Positions 9,961 through 19,438 of a stretch of 54,479 bases of DNA are shown here, one piece after another. Below the pieces are notes generated by a model. It was not told the DNA's origin and made no database searches. It saw only the letters and a program-made list of their open reading frames with translations. The translations under genes and the position numbers were made by a program. Origin of the DNA: an uncultured Saprospiraceae bacterium (lineage in GTDB: Bacteria > Bacteroidota > Bacteroidia > Chitinophagales > Saprospiraceae); assembly GCA_964450465.1 (NCBI GenBank), contig CAYVDV010000001.1, positions 1-54,479 of the forward strand, read 5' to 3'. Numbering within the stretch: position 1 is the first letter of the stretch; the number at the start of each line of letters is the position of its first letter.

Positions 9961-12900
9961 TTAAAAATTGAGCAACAGGCTGAACAAATAGGACTTTGTT
10001 CCCGGGTTATTGAAGTATTCGATTCCCCGGGCTACGCTGATACCGGAAAGGTTGGTATCCGGATCGTTGCCCTCAAAGGGTGTCCAAAGCGCCAGGTTTC
10101 GGCCGGTAGCCGTAAGTTCCAGAGACCCGAGACCCAATTTTTGCTTTAACCAATCGGAACGCAAGCGGTAGCTCAGGCTCACTTCGCGAATCCGGCTCCA
10201 GGATCCGTCTTCAATGTACAATTCATCGTTTCCATTGCTAAAGAACCCGCCGTCGCCGTTGTACCAGGCTTCTGTAAGCGCTACAGGGCCTGCACCGAAA
10301 TCGTACACCTTTCCCCGGAATGTTTCGCCGATATTGATAATGTTTCCATTAAACTCCTTGTAATTACGGGTGGCGGTAACTTCATTTCCCGAGTCTTCCC
10401 AGCGGCCGAGGTCGTACAGCACTGATTTTGTGCCTGCATAAATATCCGCGCCCTGATACGTTTCAAACAGAATATTCAATCTGAAATTCCTGAACTGAAA
10501 ACCGGTCATCAGGGATCCCTGCCAATCGGGGTTGGGATCGCCAATCACCCCTTCCACGGCATCCTGCTCCGGGAAGCCGTTTTCATCGAAAACAATAGAA
10601 CCGTCGGCATTTCGCAAAATGCGCGATCCCCACAAAACGCCCAGTGGTTTTCCTTCAACAGCCCGGGCATTGGTAGCCGCAAGACCGCCAAGATTAATGG
10701 ACTCTACACCCGCCAGATCAACCACTGTATTTTTAACCGTGGTAAACGTTCCGGTCACATCCCAGGTAAAGTCTTTTTTCCGGACTATTGTATAACCCAG
10801 GTCCAGTTCAGCCCCTTTATTCTCAATTTTAGCGCCATTGGTATAAACTACACTATACCCTCGGGAATTCGCTACGGGAAAATCGAGCAGTACGTCCTCC
10901 GTCATGTTATTGAAATAGGTTCCGCTAAACGACAGGCGATCGTTCAGAAACCGCAGGTCAACGCCGAGTTCCAGTTCTTTTTTTCGCTCGGGACGAAGCG
11001 CCGAGTTGCCGCGGTTTGCACTGGGTACAAAACCGCCGTTGCCGAACAAGCCAAGGTTAAGATTTCCACCATACTGGTCTGTAAAGCTCGGGGACACAAA
11101 CACATTGGATGTATTATAACGGGCGGGCTGAACGCCGACTTCTCCATACGAAAGGCGCAGCTTGCCAAAGGAAAAGACATCGCTTGCCAGATCACCCAGT
11201 TTGGAAAACTGCCAGGCCAGCGAAGTGGATGGGAACAAAAAAGTATTATTGGAGGCATCGCCAAAGGTTGAGGCGGACTCAACCCGGAGCGTGCTTGTCA
11301 GGTGCAGCATATCCCAACCCGACAGGCTGAGCGAGGAATAAACCCCCGCAGTGCGTTCGCGTCCCTGCGAACTGGCCGTTGTGACGTTTTCAGGCAGGGC
11401 ATTGTCTTTATCACGCACCACGCTCGCCACATCGGCAAATTGAATGAAATTCGTGGTTGAAACACCGTTAACTGTGAGGGACTTGCTGTTATAGTTAAAG
11501 CCAACCAATAAAGTCCCGTCCAGGGTTCTGCTCAGCCGCCTCGTAGCCCTGGCGATATAGTCCATGTTGAAAATCGTATTCGAAGCCAGGGATTGCTCGT
11601 AGTACCCGGACGCAAAGGCGCCGGATGCAGAACCCGGTGTGAAAAACTCATTCCGCTTTTCCGTGTAATGATCGATACCCACCCGGCCGATCAGGTCAAC
11701 CCAGGGTAGCGGCGACGCGGTGAGTTCAAAACTGCTGATGAAGCGATCGGTTTGGGCCCGGTCCTCCTGTTCGTTGATCGTCCAGCGGGGATTGTTGTAC
11801 ACTGGCGTATTATCGGCGCCCAATGATTCCCGGTAGGAACGGTGGCGGTTTGGTACAGGAGACGCATTCGGACCGGCATAAAAATCGCCCCGGTATCCGG
11901 AGTTATCGAAGTCGGGAGGCGTCCGTAACAGGCCGAGGTACAGGCCGGATGAGCTTGCGCCTTTCTGTATCCGGTTGGAGCCGGTACGCGAATAGGTGGC
12001 CGTCGTTTTCAATTTTAACCGGTCTGTCAGTAATTGCTTCGCATTGAAGCGGGCGGAAGTACGCCGGTAGTCCGAATTATTGACAATGATACCCTGCTGA
12101 TTCAAATCGCTCAGGCTGAAGAAGACGGCGCTCCGTTCGTTTCCACCGCTCAGGCTCAGGTTATTTTCAAGGAAATAGCCATTGTGAAAGATCTGATCGA
12201 AGTTGGCGTCATCATATATCGTTTGGGAATTCTTATTCAGGATCGGATAGTACACCGCTCCGTCCTGATCGACATAAAACTGACCGGAAGTATTGAACAC
12301 GTCCGTACCACCCGGGCGATCGGAGATCTTATCGCCCCAGGAATCGCGTGCCCGCTGATTATACACACCGTTGTCGCCCTGTCCGAACTTGGTTTGCAAG
12401 GGATATTTCAGGTTGATGACATCCATGGAATACGTCGATTTGAACGACACACTCAGCTTGCTCCCAAACTTGCCGCTTTTGGTCGTGATCAAAATAACCC
12501 CGCCCAGGGCCTGCGTGCCGTACAAAGCTGCTGCAGAAGCCCCTTTTAATATGGAAATACTTTCGATATCATTGGGGTTGAGGTCATTCAACCGGGACTC
12601 CTGATTCACGCCTCCGCTGTCGCTGTTACCGCGCACATCGTTGCTGATCGGAATCCCGTCCAGAATGATCAGAGGCTGATTGTTGCGCGTGATGGTGGAA
12701 ATGCCCCGGATCTGAATATACGCCCCTGCGCCCGGGTCACCGGAGTTTCGGCTAATCCGCACGCCGGATGATTTTCCGGAAAGAGAATTCAACACCGTAG
12801 CTTCCCCCGACCTCACCAGAGCTCCGCCTTTTACACCCGAGCTGGCATATCCGAGTTCATCCTTGTTTTCCTCAAAACCGAGCGCGGTGACGACTACTTC

Positions 12901-13209
12901 TTCCAGAAGATCCACTTTTTCCTGCAGGATAATGTCAATACGCTGATCGGCCCCTACCGGCCGGGCGACGGTCTGTCTGCCAAAATAACTAAAAACGAGG
13001 GTTGCATTTTCGTTCATAGTAGTAATCGAGTAGGTGCCGTCAATCGAAGTTTTAGTCCCATTTGAGGTGCCTTCCTCCAAAATGGTCACCCCAATGAGTG
13101 GAACGCCCGCTTCGTCCTGCACTACGCCGGTTATGGCTCTTTGGGCATGCACGGCCTGACTGAAAAAGGCAATCAGGGTGATCAGGATAACTTGTTGAAG
13201 TGTCTTCAT
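9961..13209 (-). CDS. susC: SusC/RagA family TonB-linked outer-membrane transporter
   Basis: 1082 aa with signal peptide. N-terminal carboxypeptidase-regulatory-like domain (ITGVVQDEAGVPLIGVTILEEGTSNGTKTSIDGTYSI). Plug region (VVVTALGFEENKDELGYASSGV ... IESISILKGASAAALYG). C-terminal aromatic residue (LLLNF). Confidence 0.9.
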   Translation of the reverse strand: MKTLQQVILITLIAFFSQAVHAQRAITGVVQDEAGVPLIGVTILEEGTSNGTKTSIDGTYSITTMNENATLVFSYFGRQTVARPVGADQRIDIILQEKVDLLEEVVVTALGFEENKDELGYASSGVKGGALVRSGEATVLNSLSGKSSGVRISRNSGDPGAGAYIQIRGISTITRNNQPLIILDGIPISNDVRGNSDSGGVNQESRLNDLNPNDIESISILKGASAAALYGTQALGGVILITTKSGKFGSKLSVSFKSTYSMDVINLKYPLQTKFGQGDNGVYNQRARDSWGDKISDRPGGTDVFNTSGQFYVDQDGAVYYPILNKNSQTIYDDANFDQIFHNGYFLENNLSLSGGNERSAVFFSLSDLNQQGIIVNNSDYRRTSARFNAKQLLTDRLKLKTTATYSRTGSNRIQKGASSSGLYLGLLRTPPDFDNSGYRGDFYAGPNASPVPNRHRSYRESLGADNTPVYNNPRWTINEQEDRAQTDRFISSFELTASPLPWVDLIGRVGIDHYTEKRNEFFTPGSASGAFASGYYEQSLASNTIFNMDYIARATRRLSRTLDGTLLVGFNYNSKSLTVNGVSTTNFIQFADVASVVRDKDNALPENVTTASSQGRERTAGVYSSLSLSGWDMLHLTSTLRVESASTFGDASNNTFLFPSTSLAWQFSKLGDLASDVFSFGKLRLSYGEVGVQPARYNTSNVFVSPSFTDQYGGNLNLGLFGNGGFVPSANRGNSALRPERKKELELGVDLRFLNDRLSFSGTYFNNMTEDVLLDFPVANSRGYSVVYTNGAKIENKGAELDLGYTIVRKKDFTWDVTGTFTTVKNTVVDLAGVESINLGGLAATNARAVEGKPLGVLWGSRILRNADGSIVFDENGFPEQDAVEGVIGDPNPDWQGSLMTGFQFRNFRLNILFETYQGADIYAGTKSVLYDLGRWEDSGNEVTATRNYKEFNGNIINIGETFRGKVYDFGAGPVALTEAWYNGDGGFFSNGNDELYIEDGSWSRIREVSLSYRLRSDWLKQKLGLGSLELTATGRNLALWTPFEGNDPDTNLSGISVARGIEYFNNPGTKSYLFSLLLNF

Positions 13210-13235
13210 GATATAAGGTGTTAATTCAACGAATG

Positions 13236-14726
13236 CTATTTTTTCAATCCGATTGGGAAGGTATTTAAGTCAAATCCCCACAAGTGGGGCAATACGAAAT
13301 AAACCAGTATGGTCAGGCAAACGATGGATATGACGTTGAGCCGGAACCCTGCCCGGACCATATCGGGTATGGTCAAATAACCAGACGCAAACACCACAGC
13401 ATTGGGCGGGGTCGCCACAGGCAACATAAAAGCACAGGAAGCAGCAACAGCCGCGCCAACCATCAGTGTGAACGGATGCACGTCGATGACCAGAGCCAGC
13501 GGCGCCAGAATGGGCAAAACCATGGCTGTGGTGGCGAGATTGGAGGTGATTTCCGTCAGGAAATTGACTGCAGTAACAACGACGAGCAGTAATACAAGCA
13601 GCGATACGCCATCCAACAACGCAAGTTGTTGTCCGATAAAACCAGCAAGTCCGCTGTTTTTAAAACCTTCCGCCAGGGCAAGGCCTCCGCCAAAGAGTAA
13701 CAGGATACCCCAGGGCAACCGAACAGCCTCCTCCCAGTTGACCAATGCCCGTTTCTCCTTTTTCGATGCCGGAATCGTAAAAAGCAGGACGGCCGCCGCG
13801 ACCGCAATGATCGTATCGTCCAGCGCAGGAATGAACCGGTTTAGAAAAGAGCGGCTGATCCAGGTTACTGCGGTGATGACAAAAATACCCAGCACCATTT
13901 TTTCTTCGTAGGAAATTTTGCCCAGCGCCTGAAGTTGCCGCCGGATCTCCCCTTTCCCATCCGGGAAAGATTGCTGCTCGAACCGGTAAGCATAACTCGT
14001 CAGGTACTTCCAACAGATCAGGAGCAGGCTGACGGAAATGGGCAGACCAAAAATAAGCCACTTGGAGAAGGTGACCTCGAAGCCATATAACTCCTGAACG
14101 ATACCGGCAAATACCAGATTCGGAGGCGTGCCGATCAGCGTGGCGATCCCGCCGATTGTTGCGCTGTATGCGATAGCCAGCATCAGCGCTTTGCCAAAGA
14201 TAAGATTCTCGTCCTCCTTGGTTTTCGGATTATCCTTTAACTGGGTGATGATAGCCATGCCGATCGGCAGCATCATCACAGCTGTTGCGGTATTCGATAT
14301 CCACATAGACAGAAAGGCCGTAGCGACCATGAACCCCAGAATAATGCTTTTCAGATTGGTACCGATAATACTGATGATCATCAGTGAAATCCGTTTATGC
14401 AGATTCCAGCGTTCAATGGCTATGGCCAGGATAAACCCGCCTATGTACAGAAAGATATACCGGTGACCAAAGGATGCCGTCGTCTCTTCGAGCGACATGC
14501 CGCCGGTCAGCGGAAAAAGCACAATCGGTAAAATAGAAGTTATGGCAAGCGGGATACAATCGGTGATCCACCAGGCTGCCACCCATACCGTACTGGCCAG
14601 GACAGCATTCCCCTGATCGGACAAACCCTCCGGGTGAAAGAAGGCGATTACCAACCCGAACAAGGCCGGGCCAAGTAATAATTTAAATCCTCTTGATTGG
14701 GTCAGGTATCGTGGATGAAAGCTCAT
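13236..14726 (-). CDS. DASS/SLC13 family sodium-coupled anion (di/tricarboxylate, sulfate or phosphate) symporter
   Basis: 496 aa polytopic membrane protein. SLC13-like repeated hairpin motifs (MWISNTATAVMMLPI and FLTEITSNLATTAMVLPI). 26-nt gap to susC on the same strand. Confidence 0.8.
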   Translation of the reverse strand: MSFHPRYLTQSRGFKLLLGPALFGLVIAFFHPEGLSDQGNAVLASTVWVAAWWITDCIPLAITSILPIVLFPLTGGMSLEETTASFGHRYIFLYIGGFILAIAIERWNLHKRISLMIISIIGTNLKSIILGFMVATAFLSMWISNTATAVMMLPIGMAIITQLKDNPKTKEDENLIFGKALMLAIAYSATIGGIATLIGTPPNLVFAGIVQELYGFEVTFSKWLIFGLPISVSLLLICWKYLTSYAYRFEQQSFPDGKGEIRRQLQALGKISYEEKMVLGIFVITAVTWISRSFLNRFIPALDDTIIAVAAAVLLFTIPASKKEKRALVNWEEAVRLPWGILLLFGGGLALAEGFKNSGLAGFIGQQLALLDGVSLLVLLLVVVTAVNFLTEITSNLATTAMVLPILAPLALVIDVHPFTLMVGAAVAASCAFMLPVATPPNAVVFASGYLTIPDMVRAGFRLNVISIVCLTILVYFVLPHLWGFDLNTFPIGLKK

Positions 14727-14956
14727 TTCTTGGTGTGATTAAATGGTATCCGGATATTGCGCACTTGAATATGTTGGGGCATTGGGTTCGCCGTCTGGTT
14801 TTTTTCATTACTTTTGAAAGTCTCCCGTGGAATTTAACAGGCGATTGCACCGCAAACATATTTTGCAAATATCTTAGAGCAAAACATTTTATTGTATAAA
14901 TAAATGATTTCATAGTATTTTATACCGTTTTACACTTTTTTACACTTTGCAAATAC

Positions 14957-16153
14957 ATGGAATCTGACCTGCATCAAAAATTTCTGGAGGCCCTGGAGCG
15001 GAAATATGGCCCCAGAGATTTGCTGACATCGAAATTTGGCACTTCGTCTTTTGGCGATATCGCAAAAGACCTTTGCATTAGTGCAAGCCAGTTTAGCAAA
15101 CTGATTTCCGGTACGGCTACCCAGGGCATGTACATGCGCTCGATCGACAATATTGCCCTGCTTGAAAAACTGGATAAACTGGAAGTGGAAACCGTGGTTC
15201 TGCAGTCGGACACGACCAGACTTAGGGCAGAATTGGCCAGCACAAGTGCGCTGTTTGACCGGAAGGCTAATAAAAAAGCCGTATGGTATGGCCTTTTCGC
15301 TTTTCTTTTGGGGGTTGCCCTGGCCTTGCTCCTGGTGTTCCTGAGCAGCTTGAGGGATACCGAAGTAACAACGCAGCTAAAGCACCCCTTGTCCAGATAT
15401 TTCGATGGCGATTTCAATTCCGCATACGACTCGCCCTATCTGGATGAATCCGAGGTTCAGTCATTTTGCCCATGTAGTGCCTTCGAAGGTACCTGGGCGC
15501 TAAATGCCGAATACAAGCTGCCCCTTCCGGGAAACAAGCGTCCCGGCGTGTACTATCTGGCTAAAAGCGCCGATGTGCGCATGAAGTGTTCCCGGCGGCA
15601 AAAAAATATTACCGGATCCGGAAACCACTTGCTGGGGTACGAATACCTGATCAATGAAATCTGGGTGGATACCGAAGAAACGCCTTTATCGCCGAAGTAC
15701 TTCGACAAAGAGACGAAAACGTTTACCGATGCCTATGAGCAACTCGATTTTGCCTCGAACCCGAAATTCAAAAAACTGGCGACCATTCACTCCTTCTTCA
15801 TCAACGATTTTACCATTTACCCGGACAGTATCGTGCGAAGAGGAGAACCCTGCGGGCGATTTGCGACGGACGTCGATTGGGCACTGGCTAAAAAATATGA
15901 AATTGACCCCAAGCACATTCTGGAAAATGTGCTGGCGGATCTGACTACGACAGATTGCAATACCACTTCCAACCCCTACTGCGACCCTAATGACCTTAAG
16001 GAGGGCGAAAGTGTGATCGGTTTTGATTGCTACTATACGATCAGCACCGAAAACCTTGGCATGGGAAGAGGATACCCTTACCGGAAGGCGTTTAAACTGA
16101 TCAAACAAAACTACTCGGATAATTTACTCTGCGGCTGTAATGGCGGACGATAA
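14957..16153 (+). CDS. Hypothetical membrane-anchored protein with an N-terminal HTH-like segment, a coiled coil, one TM helix and a Cys-rich extracytoplasmic domain
   Basis: FGDIAKDLCISASQFSKLISG resembles an XRE-type helix-turn-helix. Heptad-like stretch IALLEKLDKLEVETVVLQSDTTRLRAEL. TM helix AVWYGLFAFLLGVALALLLVFLSSL. The C-terminal domain is roughly 265 aa with about 10 Cys. I recognise no family; the function is inferred. Confidence 0.55.
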   Translation: MESDLHQKFLEALERKYGPRDLLTSKFGTSSFGDIAKDLCISASQFSKLISGTATQGMYMRSIDNIALLEKLDKLEVETVVLQSDTTRLRAELASTSALFDRKANKKAVWYGLFAFLLGVALALLLVFLSSLRDTEVTTQLKHPLSRYFDGDFNSAYDSPYLDESEVQSFCPCSAFEGTWALNAEYKLPLPGNKRPGVYYLAKSADVRMKCSRRQKNITGSGNHLLGYEYLINEIWVDTEETPLSPKYFDKETKTFTDAYEQLDFASNPKFKKLATIHSFFINDFTIYPDSIVRRGEPCGRFATDVDWALAKKYEIDPKHILENVLADLTTTDCNTTSNPYCDPNDLKEGESVIGFDCYYTISTENLGMGRGYPYRKAFKLIKQNYSDNLLCGCNGGR

Positions 16154-16182
16154 ATGGTTTCTGGAAAACCGTCCACCGCCCA

Positions 16183-16683
16183 CTATTGCCGCCGCCGCCG
16201 CAACACCAGGCTATCCGCCGGATATTGCGCTTTGATCGAGTCCATGGTGGTTTGCGCCCAGGCAATGAGGGCGTTTTTTTGCGGATCGGAAAGCACGGCA
16301 TCGCGGTGTATCCAGGTATAGGAAGGCAGGGGCATTTCGCCTTCGCGGACCATTTCGATCAGCTCCTCCAGTTTGTGGTTCTGTATAGCGATGCGGCGGG
16401 TGGTAAGGCTGGAAAAATTCAGTTCCTGTTTCCCCTCATCCACGTGGTGCGCAATCCAGGCCGCAAAGGGTTGCACATTCGCATACCAGGGGTAGCGCGT
16501 GAGATTGCTGTGGCAATCATAGCAGGCTATATCCAGAATAGCCTCCACTGAATCCGGGATAGGATAGTGGGTGCGGAGGTGATTGGTCTGATCATTCGAA
16601 AGGTTTCGTTCCGGCCGGATAAACTGGCCCAGCACAAACAGGCCAAGCAGTGCCCATAGGGCGGGTTTCAGGTACTTTTTCAT
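16183..16683 (-). CDS. Haem-binding domain-containing protein (Haem_bd-type, CxxCH)
   Basis: N-terminal anchor MKKYLKPALWALLGLFVLGQ. CYDCHSNLTRYPWYANVQPFAAWIAHHVDEGKQELNFS matches my memory of the small haem-binding domain family (PF14376-like). Confidence 0.65.
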   Translation of the reverse strand: MKKYLKPALWALLGLFVLGQFIRPERNLSNDQTNHLRTHYPIPDSVEAILDIACYDCHSNLTRYPWYANVQPFAAWIAHHVDEGKQELNFSSLTTRRIAIQNHKLEELIEMVREGEMPLPSYTWIHRDAVLSDPQKNALIAWAQTTMDSIKAQYPADSLVLRRRRQ

Positions 16684-16725
16684 GTTTTTGATTTGTTGAA
16701 CTGATTTTTTGCAAAGAAACGAAAA

Positions 16726-19188
16726 TCAAAATTCCATTCCGCCACCTTCGCCGCCACCGCCGTTTTCCATATCCCGTTTTTGCTCCTTGTTCCGGTTGAT
16801 CCGGTAGTTAAACGTCAGGGAAATCTGCCGTGCGCGCCACTGAAAATCACCTTCCGTATAAAAATCCGCGCCCTGGGTGACATAACGCCAACGCCGGGAA
16901 TTGAACACATCGCGCACACTAAGCGTCAGGGTGCCTTTGGACTGCAAGACATCCATACTCATTCCCAGATCGGCGTGGTACATAGCCTTGGATCTTCCCT
17001 GGGTATTGTTTTGCGGTGCCCGGTAATGAAAGGTCGTCTGTACATCGAGTTTTTTCCACAAGGTAAGGCGCGAGGATACGCGCCCGGTCCAGCTGTAGGC
17101 ATCGGCATGGAACACCTGCCCTTCATAGCTGCCATCCGTGATCGAACGGAAGAAATTCAGGTTTCCGTTGATCTTCCAGATTTCATAGGGTTCAAAAGAT
17201 CCGGTAAATTCCAGGCCGAAATCATTCCGGGTGGAAAGGTTGACCGGGAAGCTCCGGGAGGACGTATCGGAAAGCTGAATGCGGATGCGTTCGATCACGC
17301 CGTCCGTGTGCCGGTAATACAGCGCAGACGTCATGGTCCCTTTTTCCCAGCGCTTGAGGTGGCTGATCTCGTAAGCATCGGTGAATTCCGGGCTCAGATT
17401 GGGATTCCCGCTCCGGAAGTTCCGAGCATCGCTGTAGGTAAAAAACGGGTTGAGATCCCAGAACCGGGGACGGCGGATGCGGCGGCTGTAGCTCAACTGA
17501 ACGGAATGCCCGGCCGGGAGTTCATAGCCGACATGCGCACTGGGAAACAGATTGGCATACACCGGGCGATCATTGACTTCCTGGGTTTGCACGAGTTCGG
17601 TTTTAATATCCGAAACCTCGGCGCGAAGCCCGCCCTGCCAGCTAAACTGGCGCACTTTGTTGCCCAGGATTGCGTATGCTGCGTGAATATTTTCGTCGTA
17701 CTGTAATTCATTGGTCAGACCCGGCAAAACAGTCCAGATCTGGTCGGCCAGTTCTTCCACACGAAAAGTGTTGCGGATATCGCGAAGGCCTCCGCGGTAT
17801 CCTGCCTCAAATTTGCCGTCTTTGCCAAAAGGCTGCACATAATCGACCTGAAGGATGATGTTGCGTTCGGCTTCTTTGTTTGCGGAACGCTGAATAAAAT
17901 CTGCCTTGCCGGAAGGCGACCCGTCCGGCTCAAACGATTGCTCCCGGAAATCGGAATTCTCCCGCTCCACATTGTCCTGAAAGCGAAAGTCAGCCGTCAG
18001 TTCGTGGCCTTCGCGGGCAAAAAGCTTTTTATAGTTCAGGGAGTATTCCAGATTAGGCTCTGTTTGTTTTTCATCGTCGGTACGGCGCACAGTGCCCGTG
18101 GGATTAGTCAAACTGTTGAGAAAATCGCGGTATTCGATGGTGCTGAAATTATCCTCATTGCTGTAGCGCCAGGAAAAAGATGTCGTCAGACTGTTTTGCG
18201 GATTCAAAAGATAATCTGCGCCAAAACGCAGGGTATTCGACCAGCCCTTGCGCTCCCGGTCCCGGGAGAGTTCCGTGATAAATGTAGTGTCACCGGCATA
18301 AAACTCCTGATACTGGCTACCCACTCCCGGGCGTTTGTTGTAGCGCAAGCCATAGTTGGAAAACAGGTTAAAGCGGTTTTTCCGGTAGTTAAAACTTAAG
18401 GAGGCGCCGTATTCGTCGGGCTGTCCGACGGTAAGATCGATAGCGCCGTTCATGCCCTCGGAATGTTCTTTTTTCAGCACAATATTGATAATACCCGCCA
18501 TTCCCTCCGCTTCATAACGCGCCGAAGGATTGGTGATCACTTCCACCCGGTCGATCATGTTGGCCGGGAGTTGGCGCAAACCGTTGGTATTGCTGATCCC
18601 GATCAGGCCGGACGGTTTCCCGTCGATCAGGATACGGACGTTCTCGCTGCCGCGCAGGCTGACCCCGCCTTCCACATCCACGTTTACGGAGGGAACATTG
18701 TCGAGAATATCCGCTGCTGTGCCGCCGCGGTTGGCCAGGTCTTTTCCGACATTGAACACCCGTTTGTCCAGGGATAGCTGCATCTGGCTCTTTTCGGCCC
18801 GCACCACCACTTCATCCAGGGTATTGGCGGCCGGTTCAAGGGAAATTGTCCCGAGATCGGCCTCCGGGTTTGCCTTATTCAATTCAATAGCAGGGACAAA
18901 CCGGGTTTTATAAGCCAGGAAATCGAGCCGGAGGTAATATTTGCCCGGGCGGGCCTGCAGCGCGAATACGCCGTTAACATCGGTGAGGCAGCCATTCACA
19001 ACACTGCTGTCCGTCTGGCTAAACAAGGTTGCCGTGGCAAATTCCAACGCTGTTCCAGTATTGGAATCCACGACTTTACCCCGTACCTGCATGGGCTGTT
19101 CCGGCAAAACCGGAGCCTGCGCATGCAGAAGGGATGGAATGAAAAACAGGCAAAAAAACAGTTGCTTTAACAAGGAGGATGGTATCAT
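16726..19188 (-). CDS. TonB-dependent outer-membrane receptor (carboxypeptidase-regulatory-like domain, plug and barrel)
   Basis: The track ORF starts at 19335, but the internal ATG at 19188 gives the signal peptide MIPSSLLKQLFFCLFFIPSLLHAQ. VRGKVVDSNTGTALEFATATLF is CarbopepD_reg-like. Plug motif IDRVEVITNPSARYEAEGMAGIINIVLK. Terminal residue is F. Confidence 0.85.
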   Translation of the reverse strand: MIPSSLLKQLFFCLFFIPSLLHAQAPVLPEQPMQVRGKVVDSNTGTALEFATATLFSQTDSSVVNGCLTDVNGVFALQARPGKYYLRLDFLAYKTRFVPAIELNKANPEADLGTISLEPAANTLDEVVVRAEKSQMQLSLDKRVFNVGKDLANRGGTAADILDNVPSVNVDVEGGVSLRGSENVRILIDGKPSGLIGISNTNGLRQLPANMIDRVEVITNPSARYEAEGMAGIINIVLKKEHSEGMNGAIDLTVGQPDEYGASLSFNYRKNRFNLFSNYGLRYNKRPGVGSQYQEFYAGDTTFITELSRDRERKGWSNTLRFGADYLLNPQNSLTTSFSWRYSNEDNFSTIEYRDFLNSLTNPTGTVRRTDDEKQTEPNLEYSLNYKKLFAREGHELTADFRFQDNVERENSDFREQSFEPDGSPSGKADFIQRSANKEAERNIILQVDYVQPFGKDGKFEAGYRGGLRDIRNTFRVEELADQIWTVLPGLTNELQYDENIHAAYAILGNKVRQFSWQGGLRAEVSDIKTELVQTQEVNDRPVYANLFPSAHVGYELPAGHSVQLSYSRRIRRPRFWDLNPFFTYSDARNFRSGNPNLSPEFTDAYEISHLKRWEKGTMTSALYYRHTDGVIERIRIQLSDTSSRSFPVNLSTRNDFGLEFTGSFEPYEIWKINGNLNFFRSITDGSYEGQVFHADAYSWTGRVSSRLTLWKKLDVQTTFHYRAPQNNTQGRSKAMYHADLGMSMDVLQSKGTLTLSVRDVFNSRRWRYVTQGADFYTEGDFQWRARQISLTFNYRINRNKEQKRDMENGGGGEGGGMEF

Positions 19189-19438
19189 TTCGATGGGATG
19201 GATTAAGATAAGCGAATGAAAATAACGGAAACCGGGGGTATAACAAGGTTTTTTCCAAAAGGTTAGGTCGTTGGGTTTTGGATCAATGATCCTGAACTCC
19301 GCTTCCTTTTGAAACCGGGCGCAAAGTTCCGGCAATCCCGGATACTGGAAAATTTAATCAATGAAACCGGGAAAAAGATCAATCAACCCTGCGTCTGCGC
19401 GACTCAAGGTCAAGCCTTTCTCAACAGCCCTGAAGTAC

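Noticed and set aside
8593-10149. 518-aa plus-strand ORF
   Set aside because: It is antisense to the SusD gene and the 3-prime end of SusC and spans their junction. It has low-complexity G/R/I-rich composition. The sense genes carry a lipobox, plug motifs and conserved operon order.
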